DNA of 64,000 nt from an uncultured Smithella sp. (GCA_964394185.1 CAYMWM010000003.1:1193-65192); one strand, 5' to 3'; positions 27,419 through 36,316 are shown, numbered from the stretch's first letter. Notes: generated from the letters alone by a model not told the origin. Made by a program: numbers and translations.

Positions 27419-28651
27419 ATGAATGATGTTGAAAAACAGATTCAAACCGATCCCGCCGCCAAAGTAATAGGCGAAATTATCTGGAGATTTGCCAAAACAC
27501 CTCCGGCAAGAAATCTGGTTATGTCCGTTGTTCGTGCTGCGCTGAAGGACTGGTCGGGTGACAGCAGATTTAGGGAACACATATCAGCAAACCTGGAAAA
27601 GACCATTGATAATGTCCTTTCTCAGAGAGGAAATAACGAAAACAAAATTGCCGGAGATGCAAGTTACGCGGAAAGCCTTCGTCCAATTGTACGTGATTTG
27701 GTCGAAAACATTGATTTTGGCGAAATAAAGGAAGCAGCAGACTTTCACAAAGAAAACATCGGGGCCGCTGTCATGATGATCAATGAGGAGCTCTGGCGTT
27801 ATCCGGCCAAGGTCATTTGTTTGTTGTCACTGCTTCCTGCCGCCGCGAACATGACTGTGTCGGCGGCCAAGGAAACCCTGACGCCAATGAACAGGCTGGC
27901 GCCGGATCTGCTGGCCGATGTGGTTTTTTCTCTGGTTGATGATATTGACGGCAAAAATATCGGTGAACTGATTAATGAACTAAGTGAACTTGTTCGTAAA
28001 ATTCATACCGGCAGCACGCTTTTGGGCGAACCGGGCAAACCTCAGCTGCCCAACTCTTTAAATCGTCTGACAGGTGAAGTCATCAGCACGATTGATATCA
28101 ATCTGTTGCTGAAATCCAGAAAGCTTTTGGCGGAAATCAAGGAAGTCTCGCTGAAATCCTTCATTGACCAGCTGGAACTAAGCCCCGAACTTTCCAGTGA
28201 ATTTTTCCAGGATCATTTTCTTTCTATAGTGGCGTTTATCAGAAACTGGAGCCGCAAAGCCGACGCCTTTGAGCGTCTGTTTTCCGATGAAGACATTGCT
28301 CGTGAATTTGCTAAAGGTATGGGCGAGATTGACGCCCAGGAAGTGGCTAGTACGATCAGCATGTTGTGCGGCATTGTGAATCGTGTGCGTGCTGTTACGC
28401 CGGGTGTTATACGCAATACCCTGTCGCAGACGATAAACGCGATGGACGCGGACGAAGCCGGTGAGACGGTGCGCTGGCTTACCGAGGATATCGTGGAATC
28501 TCTTAAACCGGTGGCTTCCGAGGTACTGCCCCCTCTTATCAGAGGATTGGCGGACCTTTTAAGACCGGATCCCAACAATGGTTCCAAAGAAATTCAGGAA
28601 GCGCTTGCCTATTTTAATAACGCAATTGACGGGAAGGAGGCACCTGTATGA
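27419..28651 (+). CDS. Hypothetical helical repeat protein, member 3 (about three copies of the module)
   Basis: Contains the related segment NEELWRYPAKVICLLSLLPAAANM..MNRLAPDLLADVVFSLVDDIDGKNI and recurrent x-(I/M)-D-x3-(hydrophobic) motifs. The ATG at 27419 follows GGAGG. Confidence 0.6.
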   Translation: MNDVEKQIQTDPAAKVIGEIIWRFAKTPPARNLVMSVVRAALKDWSGDSRFREHISANLEKTIDNVLSQRGNNENKIAGDASYAESLRPIVRDLVENIDFGEIKEAADFHKENIGAAVMMINEELWRYPAKVICLLSLLPAAANMTVSAAKETLTPMNRLAPDLLADVVFSLVDDIDGKNIGELINELSELVRKIHTGSTLLGEPGKPQLPNSLNRLTGEVISTIDINLLLKSRKLLAEIKEVSLKSFIDQLELSPELSSEFFQDHFLSIVAFIRNWSRKADAFERLFSDEDIAREFAKGMGEIDAQEVASTISMLCGIVNRVRAVTPGVIRNTLSQTINAMDADEAGETVRWLTEDIVESLKPVASEVLPPLIRGLADLLRPDPNNGSKEIQEALAYFNNAIDGKEAPV

Positions 28652-29796
28652 TGAAGGAATTTATTGAGGCCTCCACGGCTCTCAACAACAAGCATGTAAA
28701 CCAGTGGAAGAAAAAAGGAAAAAAAGTTGTCGGTTATACCTGTTCCTATGTGCCCGATGAAATCTTTCACGCGGCGGGTATTCTGCCATTTAGAATCCGC
28801 GGATTCGGCGCTACCGAAAATACAATCGGGGACACATACTTTGGCCCCTTCATTTGCAGTCTTCCCAAGTGCATGCTGCAACTGGCCGGTGAAGGGAAAT
28901 TTAATTTTCTGGATGGCGCGATCATCACACCCGGTTGCGATTCAATGAGACGGCTCGATGAGTGCTGGCGCAAAGCCGGTAGTGATATGCCGGGTGTTAT
29001 ACCCCCATTCTTTTTTCATTACGGCGTTCCTCATAAGTATGAGGACTATACCATCAAGTGGTTTACGGATGAAACCAAGCGTCTGATTGCGGCGGTTCAA
29101 GAACATTTTAAAGTTGAAATAACCGAGGCTGATCTCAAGGAGTCCATCAGTGTTTATAATTACAGCAGAAAACTCCTTGAAAGATTTGACGCACTGCGCA
29201 CGATGGATAATCCGCCGTTCGGCGGCGGAGAAGCGCTAGCGGTCATTCTTGCCGGCACGACCATGCCCCGGGAGAATTACAACACCCTTTTGGGGAAATT
29301 CCTTGCCGATGCTCAAAAAGCTCCCGGAATAAAGGATCGTGTACGATTGATGCTTGTCGGCAGCGCCAATGATGACATCGGATTGGTTCGGGTGATGGAA
29401 GGATCAAAGGCGCTTGTGGTTGCCGATAATCTTTGTTTCGGGTCCCGTTTTTACACCGACCGGGTTGGCGAAGACGGCGATCCGGTTTTGGAACTGTCCA
29501 AACGCTATCTGGGGCACAATGATTGTCCCCGCATGTATGGCGATTATCAGAGAAGATTGAACATACTGGAACAGAAGGTCAAAAAAGCAAAAATTGACGG
29601 TATCGTTCTGCAGAACATCCGCTTCTGCGATCTTCACGGCGCGGAAAACGGCATCTTTGAACGGGACCTGGAAGCCAAAGGAATACCCTGCATGCGTCTC
29701 GAACGGGAATATGGTCCTTTGGTGGAGACGGGAAGAATGAAAATGCGCGTCGATGCTTTTATTGAGCGAATACAGCAGAGGAGGAAAGCAGCATGA
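28648..29796 (+). CDS. HGD-D family subunit, BcrC/BzdN/HgdB-like (small subunit) of an ATP-dependent reductase/dehydratase
   Basis: GYTCSYVPDEIFHAAGILPFRI (characteristic N-terminal C-x-Y-x-P-x-E motif) and conserved Cys in ITPGCDSMRRL and IRFCDLHG. 382 aa. Confidence 0.8.
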   Translation: MMKEFIEASTALNNKHVNQWKKKGKKVVGYTCSYVPDEIFHAAGILPFRIRGFGATENTIGDTYFGPFICSLPKCMLQLAGEGKFNFLDGAIITPGCDSMRRLDECWRKAGSDMPGVIPPFFFHYGVPHKYEDYTIKWFTDETKRLIAAVQEHFKVEITEADLKESISVYNYSRKLLERFDALRTMDNPPFGGGEALAVILAGTTMPRENYNTLLGKFLADAQKAPGIKDRVRLMLVGSANDDIGLVRVMEGSKALVVADNLCFGSRFYTDRVGEDGDPVLELSKRYLGHNDCPRMYGDYQRRLNILEQKVKKAKIDGIVLQNIRFCDLHGAENGIFERDLEAKGIPCMRLEREYGPLVETGRMKMRVDAFIERIQQRRKAA

Positions 29797-31199
29797 GAAA
29801 GGAAACCAGAGAATATAAATTTGACTGGATGATGTGGACCACCTTTGCGTCAGGTGCCAGATTGAAAAGCGGAACTCAAAAAGAATATAATGCGAGCTTG
29901 AAATATATTCCTTATTTCAGCCGGATTATCGATGTCCTGCTCAGTGCGGGAGAACCGGGCACGAAGTTTATCGAGATCTGCGCCAAGTACATGGAAAATC
30001 TGACTTTTGCGAAAGAGAAGGGTAAAAAGACAGCCGTCACAACCTTCTGTTTCTCACCCGCCATTTTTTACGCCATGGATATCGTGCCGATCTGCCTGGA
30101 AGTCCTCTCCGTGATGATGACTTTTGTCTATAAAAGAGGAACGGCTGAATTTTTGGATTATTGCAACGAAGCGGGCTTTACAGAAACATCCTGTTCTGCC
30201 CAGCGCGGTTCTATCGGCGCTTATCTGGCAGGTATCGGTACGGATGTGGACATGTTCGTGATGGATACGCCGGGGGTTTGTGATACCAACGCCAATGCTT
30301 TCTCTTTTGCCTCGGCTTATTTGAACAAACCATTCTTTCAACTGGATATGCCTCCGGATCTCACAGGGCAGCGTTCCAATGAATATCATCGTGAGGACTT
30401 TAAATCACTCATCTGCTTTTTGGAAGAACAGACAGGGAAAAAACTTGATTCTGAACGCTTGAGGGCAAGTCTTCGGGAACTCGCCAGACAGGATGAGATT
30501 ATTGCCGAACTGGAGGATCTGGCAAGAATGATACCGAATCCCCGGCCTGTTTCCTACAACCTGATGTTGTACGCTTCGCGGTTTCTTTTTGCCAGTATGC
30601 CGGAGTGTACAGAGGTGCTTGAAGCTATGTTAAAAGTCGCCAGGAAAAACGCCGCGAATAACATTTCCGGATTAAGCAGTGGAAAAGAAAAACTTCGGGC
30701 TTTTTTCTGCTACATCGACCATTACGCCCAGAACATGCAGTTCTGGAAGATGCTCGACGGCAATGGCATCTGCTATCAGGGCAATATCCTCAGTCATTTT
30801 TGGTCTCATAATTCGCCTTGTGTTGCTCATTATAATAAGGAAGAAGCGTCCTATACGATTGATACAAAAGATCTGGATTCGATGATTGACAGTCTGGGTA
30901 TGATCAATTCCCGCATGCCTATGATCAAATCCATCCGCGGACCCTACGACGCCCCCAATATGTGGCTGGAAGATACCCTGGGATTGGCGAAACTCTACAG
31001 CGCAGACCTTATTGTTTACAATGGAACACCGGGGTGCCGCAACACTTGGGGAATGGTGAAACTTCTGGCTCGCGATACCGAAAAGGCCGGCTATCCGACG
31101 TATATTATGTATGCCGACGCCTTTGATGAGCGCGTGCAGTCCTGGGAAGCGACAGAAGAACGGTTCATGGAATTTCTTAAGGTAAGGAGGCTTGTATAA
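29793..31199 (+). CDS. HGD-D family subunit, BcrB/BzdO/HgdA-like (large subunit)
   Basis: 468 aa. TFCFSPAIFYAMDIVPICLE, TSCSAQRG, PGVCDTNANAF and PGCRNTWG Cys-containing segments typical of the family. ATGA overlap upstream. Confidence 0.8.
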   Translation: MRKETREYKFDWMMWTTFASGARLKSGTQKEYNASLKYIPYFSRIIDVLLSAGEPGTKFIEICAKYMENLTFAKEKGKKTAVTTFCFSPAIFYAMDIVPICLEVLSVMMTFVYKRGTAEFLDYCNEAGFTETSCSAQRGSIGAYLAGIGTDVDMFVMDTPGVCDTNANAFSFASAYLNKPFFQLDMPPDLTGQRSNEYHREDFKSLICFLEEQTGKKLDSERLRASLRELARQDEIIAELEDLARMIPNPRPVSYNLMLYASRFLFASMPECTEVLEAMLKVARKNAANNISGLSSGKEKLRAFFCYIDHYAQNMQFWKMLDGNGICYQGNILSHFWSHNSPCVAHYNKEEASYTIDTKDLDSMIDSLGMINSRMPMIKSIRGPYDAPNMWLEDTLGLAKLYSADLIVYNGTPGCRNTWGMVKLLARDTEKAGYPTYIMYADAFDERVQSWEATEERFMEFLKVRRLV

Positions 31200-31990
31200 T
31201 GTTTGCAGCGGGATGCGATGTTGGTTCATTAACGTCCAAGGCCGTCATCATGAAGGACGGCAAGATCGTTGAATCCGTCATTATAAAATCAAAGGCACGA
31301 CCCTGGGAGTCGGCCGATGAGGTGATGAATATTGTACTATCGCGAGCCAACCTGACGATGCAGGATATCAAATACTGTGTCGGTACCGGCTACGGCCGCG
31401 ACAAGATATCTTTTATTAACGAGGCTGTCTCCGAGATTGCCTGCCACGGCATGGGAGCCCGCTGGCTGGTTCCATCCGTAAGAACGGTTATTGATATAGG
31501 TGGTCAGGACTGCAAGGCCCTGCGTCTGGATGACAAAGGCAATATGGTGAAGTTCATTACCAACGACAAATGCGCTTCGGGAACCGGACGGTTTCTCGAA
31601 GTGATGGCAAAAGTCATGCATCTGAATCTTGACGAACTGGGAGAGATGTCGGCGCGTTCCAGACAGCCCGTTACCTTTGCTTCGGCCTGTACGGTGTGGG
31701 CACAGGCTGACGTTATACAGCATTTGAATGACAAGGTGCCCATCGAAGACATTGCCGCCGGGGTCAATAACGCCATGGCCAGCCGTATGTCCACTCTCGC
31801 CAACAACATCGGTCTGGAGAGAGATGTGTGCATGACAGGCGGTGTAGCCAAAAACACTGGTGTGGTAAACGCGCTGGAAAAGCACCTTGGCATAAGGATT
31901 AAAAGGATTCGCCGCGAAGACCCGCAGCTTGCCGGCGCCATCGGCGCGGCGCTCTTTGCTGCGGAAAAAGCAAATGGAGGTGCTAAATGA
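31199..31990 (+). CDS. BcrAD/BadFG/HgdC-family (ASKHA) electron-activating ATPase, copy 1
   Basis: GCDVGSLTSKAV, IDIGGQDCK, DKCASGTGRFLE and TGGVAKN motifs. 263 aa. Confidence 0.85.
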   Translation: MFAAGCDVGSLTSKAVIMKDGKIVESVIIKSKARPWESADEVMNIVLSRANLTMQDIKYCVGTGYGRDKISFINEAVSEIACHGMGARWLVPSVRTVIDIGGQDCKALRLDDKGNMVKFITNDKCASGTGRFLEVMAKVMHLNLDELGEMSARSRQPVTFASACTVWAQADVIQHLNDKVPIEDIAAGVNNAMASRMSTLANNIGLERDVCMTGGVAKNTGVVNALEKHLGIRIKRIRREDPQLAGAIGAALFAAEKANGGAK

Positions 31991-32772
31991 TTACAGCGGG
32001 TTGTGATATCGGTTCTCTTACGGCCAAGGCCATTATTATGAAAGATGGAAAAATCATCGCCTCGGAAGTCATCCTTGCATCGGCTCAGCCTGAAAAATCG
32101 GCAACCGAAGTGATGAAACGTGCTATTGAAAAAGCCGGCATCAAAATGGAAGACATCGGATACTGCACGGGTACCGGCTACGGCCGTAAACACATCCCTT
32201 TCATGAATTCCGAAGAATCCGAAATTGCCTGCCATGCCAGAGGTGCGGTCTGGCAGGTACCTTCGGCTCGCACGGTGGTGGATATCGGCGGACAGGACGC
32301 CAAGGCTATCCGCGTGGATGAAAAAGGGAATGTCGAACGTTATGTTTACAACGACAAATGTGCTTCGGGCACAGGACGGTTCCTGGAGATTATCGCTGAT
32401 GCGTTGGACATTAAGCTGGAAGATTTGGGTTCCCTATCGGAAAAGGCAAAGGAAAAACTGACCCTTTCCAATCAATGCGTGGTTTTTGCTGAAACGGAAA
32501 TTATTTCCCTGGTGAACGATGGAAAAGAAATTGCCGACATTATCAATGCCCTGCATCAGGCCGTTGCCAACCGGGCGGCGTCATTGGCCAGAGGTATTCT
32601 TGTCGAGCCCGATGCCGTTATGACGGGCGGTGTAGCGAAAAATTCCGGCATGTTCGCGGCACTGGAAAGGGCTCTGGGTGTGAAACTGCACAAAGTGGAG
32701 AATCCCCAGATAAACGGGGCTCTGGGAGCGGCTCTTTTTGCAGCCGATAAAGTAAACGGTTCAGGGAAGTAG
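31987..32772 (+). CDS. BcrAD/BadFG/HgdC-family (ASKHA) electron-activating ATPase, copy 2
   Basis: GCDIGSLTAKAI, DIGGQDAK, DKCASGTGRFLE and TGGVAKN. 261 aa. ATGA overlap with copy 1. Confidence 0.85.
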   Translation: MITAGCDIGSLTAKAIIMKDGKIIASEVILASAQPEKSATEVMKRAIEKAGIKMEDIGYCTGTGYGRKHIPFMNSEESEIACHARGAVWQVPSARTVVDIGGQDAKAIRVDEKGNVERYVYNDKCASGTGRFLEIIADALDIKLEDLGSLSEKAKEKLTLSNQCVVFAETEIISLVNDGKEIADIINALHQAVANRAASLARGILVEPDAVMTGGVAKNSGMFAALERALGVKLHKVENPQINGALGAALFAADKVNGSGK

Positions 32773-32778
32773 GGGAAA

Positions 32779-33513
32779 ATGGAGCTTTTTGGAGAAACCC
32801 TCTCAGATATCAGAAAGTATATGGCGGGGAAAAACAGTGAGGCACGGGTTATAGAAGCGCAAAAAAATGCCTGGCCCCCGGGCGGGGGCAGAAATGTGGT
32901 TTTATCGGACGATATGGCGCTAGAATTGGGAAATCCCCAGATGAATTCCGTCTCCTGCCTGATATGGACACAAAATGCCGGTTTTGTTCATGACGGGAGA
33001 ATCAGTCTTATCGGTCCGGATATAAAAGAAAGCAGCGGGAAGAGTCTGCCCTTCGGGAAGATTGTTCTTGCCGAGGTTAGCGGATTTGATGAAGAGACGA
33101 CCTACGATAAATATAAGGAAATGGAAACCGTGCGATACGCTCTCGATCTTAAAGGATACATGATCAGGGCGGTATCGCAGTATCAGAGGGAATGGAGCCG
33201 AATCAGCAGGGAAGCCGTTCAAAAAGGTTTTTCCTTTGAAATCCTGGCCGGTTCTTTGAGAAATGAATATTTAAAGAAGGATTATATTCATGCCGTTGAA
33301 TTTATTTTTGTGACATCTAGCGCCGGTGATGTCGGTGAACTTCAGGAAATCACGAAAAACGTGGGCCGTAAGGTCAGCGCCCTCAACAAGATGTTAAGTG
33401 AAATGGATACCGATTGCGATGAGTGTGAGTACAACGATGTTTGTGATGAAGTCGATGAACTCAAAGGCATGAAAAAAAAGCGTGATGAAAAAAGGATAGG
33501 AACAAATGGATAA
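32779..33513 (+). CDS. Truncated acetyl-CoA synthase (AcsB/CdhC)-like protein lacking the Ni-binding A-cluster domain
   Basis: LIGPDIKESSGKSLPFGKIVL and EWSRISREAVQKGFSFE resemble the central GPD(I/L)..LPFG and W.RVSKD.A.K segments of ACS as I remember them. The protein ends at DCDECEYNDVCDE. Needs HMM confirmation. Confidence 0.55.
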   Translation: MELFGETLSDIRKYMAGKNSEARVIEAQKNAWPPGGGRNVVLSDDMALELGNPQMNSVSCLIWTQNAGFVHDGRISLIGPDIKESSGKSLPFGKIVLAEVSGFDEETTYDKYKEMETVRYALDLKGYMIRAVSQYQREWSRISREAVQKGFSFEILAGSLRNEYLKKDYIHAVEFIFVTSSAGDVGELQEITKNVGRKVSALNKMLSEMDTDCDECEYNDVCDEVDELKGMKKKRDEKRIGTNG

Positions 33514-34276
33514 AAAAACAAAGACGATAGCATTATGCGGAAAGGGCGGCGTGGGCAAAACATCTGTGTCGGCGCTGATGATCAAGGACCTTGCCCAAAG
33601 AAAAGACATCAAGGTGCTGGCCATAGATGCCGATCCGGCTGTGGGCCTCTGTACGGCGTTGGGCATACAAATCAGAAAGACCGTGGATGATATAAGAAAC
33701 GATTTAATCAAATCGATTAAAAAAGGAGAGGGGCAGGACAAAGCGGCCACGCTGAACATGCTCGATTACGAACTCTTTGATGCCCTGACGGAATTTAATA
33801 ATGTCGGATTGCTGGCGATCGGCAGGCCGGAATCCGAGGGTTGCTTCTGCAAGGTTAACTCTCTTTTAAAGGATATCATCCAGGATCTGGCGAAAAATTT
33901 CGATGTAGTTTTAATTGACGGGGAAGCCGGCGTCGAGCAGATCAACAGAAGAGTGATGAAAACAGTGGATCACCTGATTATGATATCCGATACATCAGCC
34001 AAAGGTGTGAATGTTGCCAACACCATCAAACATCTGGCCCAGGATAATAAGGCCGTGAATTATAAAAGCATCGGGATGATTTTGAACCGCGTTAGAGATG
34101 AACGTGAAGTTAAGGACATCGGAAAGAATACCTCCATTAATATTTTAGGCTGGCTGTCTGAAGACAACCTGATCAGGGAATTCGATTTTCACGGCAGGTC
34201 ATTTCTGGATTTTCCTGACGAAGCCGGTGCCAGCAAAACCGTAAAACAAATTATACAGGATTTGCAGATTAATTAG
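33506..34276 (+). CDS. CooC/AcsF-type MinD-family metal-insertion ATPase
   Basis: Deviant Walker A CGKGGVGKTS, IDADP, and a CxC motif in GRPESEGCFCKVNSLL, as in CooC nickel chaperones. The start overlaps the upstream stop by 8 nt. Confidence 0.75.
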   Translation: MDKKTKTIALCGKGGVGKTSVSALMIKDLAQRKDIKVLAIDADPAVGLCTALGIQIRKTVDDIRNDLIKSIKKGEGQDKAATLNMLDYELFDALTEFNNVGLLAIGRPESEGCFCKVNSLLKDIIQDLAKNFDVVLIDGEAGVEQINRRVMKTVDHLIMISDTSAKGVNVANTIKHLAQDNKAVNYKSIGMILNRVRDEREVKDIGKNTSINILGWLSEDNLIREFDFHGRSFLDFPDEAGASKTVKQIIQDLQIN

Positions 34277-34294
34277 TCAAAGAGAGAATGCGTC

Positions 34295-35128
34295 ATGAAT
34301 ATTGCGGTGGTATATTTTTCGCAAACAGGCCAGACCCTGAAAGTTGCTGAAGCGATGGCGGAAAATCTGCGTGAAAAAAAGCATACGGTAAAGGTTTTGC
34401 CAATGCGGAAAGTAAAACCTGCCGATATTGCAATATGTGACTTGCTGGGCGTGGGATCTCCCTGCTTCGAGAGTCAGGCTCCGACACCGGTTCTTGACTG
34501 GCTTGGTAAGTGGCCTGCTCTTAACGATAAACCTGTTTTTGTCTTTGCAACTTCGGGCGGAGCGCCAGGCCGTGTTCTTTATGATCTTAACAGGGTGTTG
34601 CGCGTCAAGGGCGCCAGAGTCATCGGCGGGTTTATGAGCCGTGGTACCGTGCATCATCCTGCACCCTGCCTGATCGGTCGCCTGCCGAACCGCCCCAATT
34701 CCGAAGATTTGGCACAAGCCCGTGCCTTTGCTTCGGCAGTGGATAAATATATGCAGTCTTGCAGTACGGGCGTCATGTCGGAGAGCCGTCCGGACGCGCT
34801 CAAACCCATGTGGGGTTATTTTCACCTGATAGGTCTTGTCACGAAACCGTTCCTGCTGCGCATGGTACTTCCCAAACCAAAGGTGGATAAGAACCTATGC
34901 AATCAATGCGGGCTTTGCGCGAAAGAATGTCCGGTGAACAGCCTGACCCTTAAGCCGTATCCGGTACTGAATAGCCACTGCATCCGCTGTTATCACTGCC
35001 AGAATATCTGTCCGCAAAATGCCCTGAGTGAATCGTGGTGGTATGGAAATCTGGTTATATGGTTCCTTTATAACACAATCTTTTCCCGTCTTTTCGGGGA
35101 TCTGAAGCCGGGAGAAAGTATTTACTGA
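34295..35128 (+). CDS. Flavodoxin-like domain fused to 2x[4Fe-4S] ferredoxin domain, with hydrophobic C-terminal helix
   Basis: MNIAVVYFSQTGQT (flavodoxin FMN-loop motif), CNQCGLCAKECP and CIRCYHCQNICP, and the C-terminal WWYGNLVIWFLYNTIFSRLF. Confidence 0.8.
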   Translation: MNIAVVYFSQTGQTLKVAEAMAENLREKKHTVKVLPMRKVKPADIAICDLLGVGSPCFESQAPTPVLDWLGKWPALNDKPVFVFATSGGAPGRVLYDLNRVLRVKGARVIGGFMSRGTVHHPAPCLIGRLPNRPNSEDLAQARAFASAVDKYMQSCSTGVMSESRPDALKPMWGYFHLIGLVTKPFLLRMVLPKPKVDKNLCNQCGLCAKECPVNSLTLKPYPVLNSHCIRCYHCQNICPQNALSESWWYGNLVIWFLYNTIFSRLFGDLKPGESIY

Positions 35129-35162
35129 TAGGACAGCAGTAGAACAAAGAAGGGGGATCAAT

Positions 35163-36299
35163 ATGGCAACATCCGGAAAAACCATGAAGGTATTTGAAGA
35201 ACTTTTGGAAAGTCCGCAGAATCGTCTGGTTGAACAGGCTCTACAGGATGGACGCATACCCATTGCCTATTCATGTTCTTATGTTCCCGAAGCCCTGCTT
35301 ATGGCGGACAAACTTTTTCCCGTACGTCTGCACACGCCCGGTGTCGCAGGCACCGAAATTGCGGACAACTATCTTTCCAGCCTCACTTGTTCTTATACCC
35401 GCAGCCTGCTGGAATTTACTATGGATGATCGTTTCGATCAAATTAAAGGCTGGGTATTCGTACCCGCCTGCATTCATATGCAGAGGCTCTATGACAATCT
35501 GGAATATCTGAAACATCCGGTTTTCAATCATGTGCTGGATGTGCCGCGGAAAGTGAATAAGGACACACTGGAATGGATGGCCGAAGAACTGAAAATTCTG
35601 GCGGATAAACTTGCCGCGCATTTCGGCGTGGACATGAGCGATGATTCAATCAAAAGAGCTATTCGTCAATGGAACGACTTTGCCGCTGCCGTCCAGTCTA
35701 TCGGTGAGTTGCGTAAAAAACCAAATCCGCCCGTAACCGGCACGGAATTTCATCAAATGGTAATGGCCGCGCTGGCCTCGCCCAAGGACCTTATTTTACC
35801 GGTTATCTCCAATCTCAAAAAAGAACTGGATGAGCGGGAAGGCATCAAGAAATACCGGGCGCGTCTGATGATTGTCGGCGGTCATCTGCACGATCCGGAT
35901 TTCATCAAAATCATCGAATCACAGGGTGGCTTGGTTGTGGCGGACCGTTTCTGTACTGGGACGATTCCCGGCTTTAAAACCATAGGACTTAACGGAGGCA
36001 ACCCGTACAAGACTCTGGCTGAATATGCCTTCGACAAAACACTTTGCCCGCGGATGATGGAGGAATTCGACCGTCGGCTGAACATGATTATCGATACCGT
36101 AAAAGAATACAAGGTGGATGGTGTGGTGTTGGAGATCATCAAATTCTGCGATCTCTGGGGAGTGGATTCCATGCCGCTGGTAACCGCTTTGCGCGAGACG
36201 GGCATCCCGGTGCTCAAATTGGAGCGGGAATACCGGCTCGGCGGGGAAGGTCAACTGCGCACACGCGTGCAGGCTTTTATCGAAAGCATGGGTAAATAA
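35163..36299 (+). CDS. HGD-D family small (BcrC/HgdB-like) subunit, second set
   Basis: AYSCSYVPEALLMADKLFPVRL N-terminal motif, FVPACIHMQRL and IKFCDLWG. 378 aa. Confidence 0.8.
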   Translation: MATSGKTMKVFEELLESPQNRLVEQALQDGRIPIAYSCSYVPEALLMADKLFPVRLHTPGVAGTEIADNYLSSLTCSYTRSLLEFTMDDRFDQIKGWVFVPACIHMQRLYDNLEYLKHPVFNHVLDVPRKVNKDTLEWMAEELKILADKLAAHFGVDMSDDSIKRAIRQWNDFAAAVQSIGELRKKPNPPVTGTEFHQMVMAALASPKDLILPVISNLKKELDEREGIKKYRARLMIVGGHLHDPDFIKIIESQGGLVVADRFCTGTIPGFKTIGLNGGNPYKTLAEYAFDKTLCPRMMEEFDRRLNMIIDTVKEYKVDGVVLEIIKFCDLWGVDSMPLVTALRETGIPVLKLEREYRLGGEGQLRTRVQAFIESMGK

Positions 36300-36316
36300 T
36301 TTGATAAGGAGAATGC

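Noticed and set aside
31337-32235. 182-aa and 243-aa ORFs on the - strand
   Set aside because: They are antisense to the two BcrAD/HgdC-type ATPase genes, which have strong motifs. No RBS or motif supports them, and this kind of shadow ORF is typical of GC-richer coding DNA.
34277-34825. 182-aa ORF on the - strand
   Set aside because: It is antisense to the flavodoxin-ferredoxin fusion, with an Arg-rich shadow-ORF composition.
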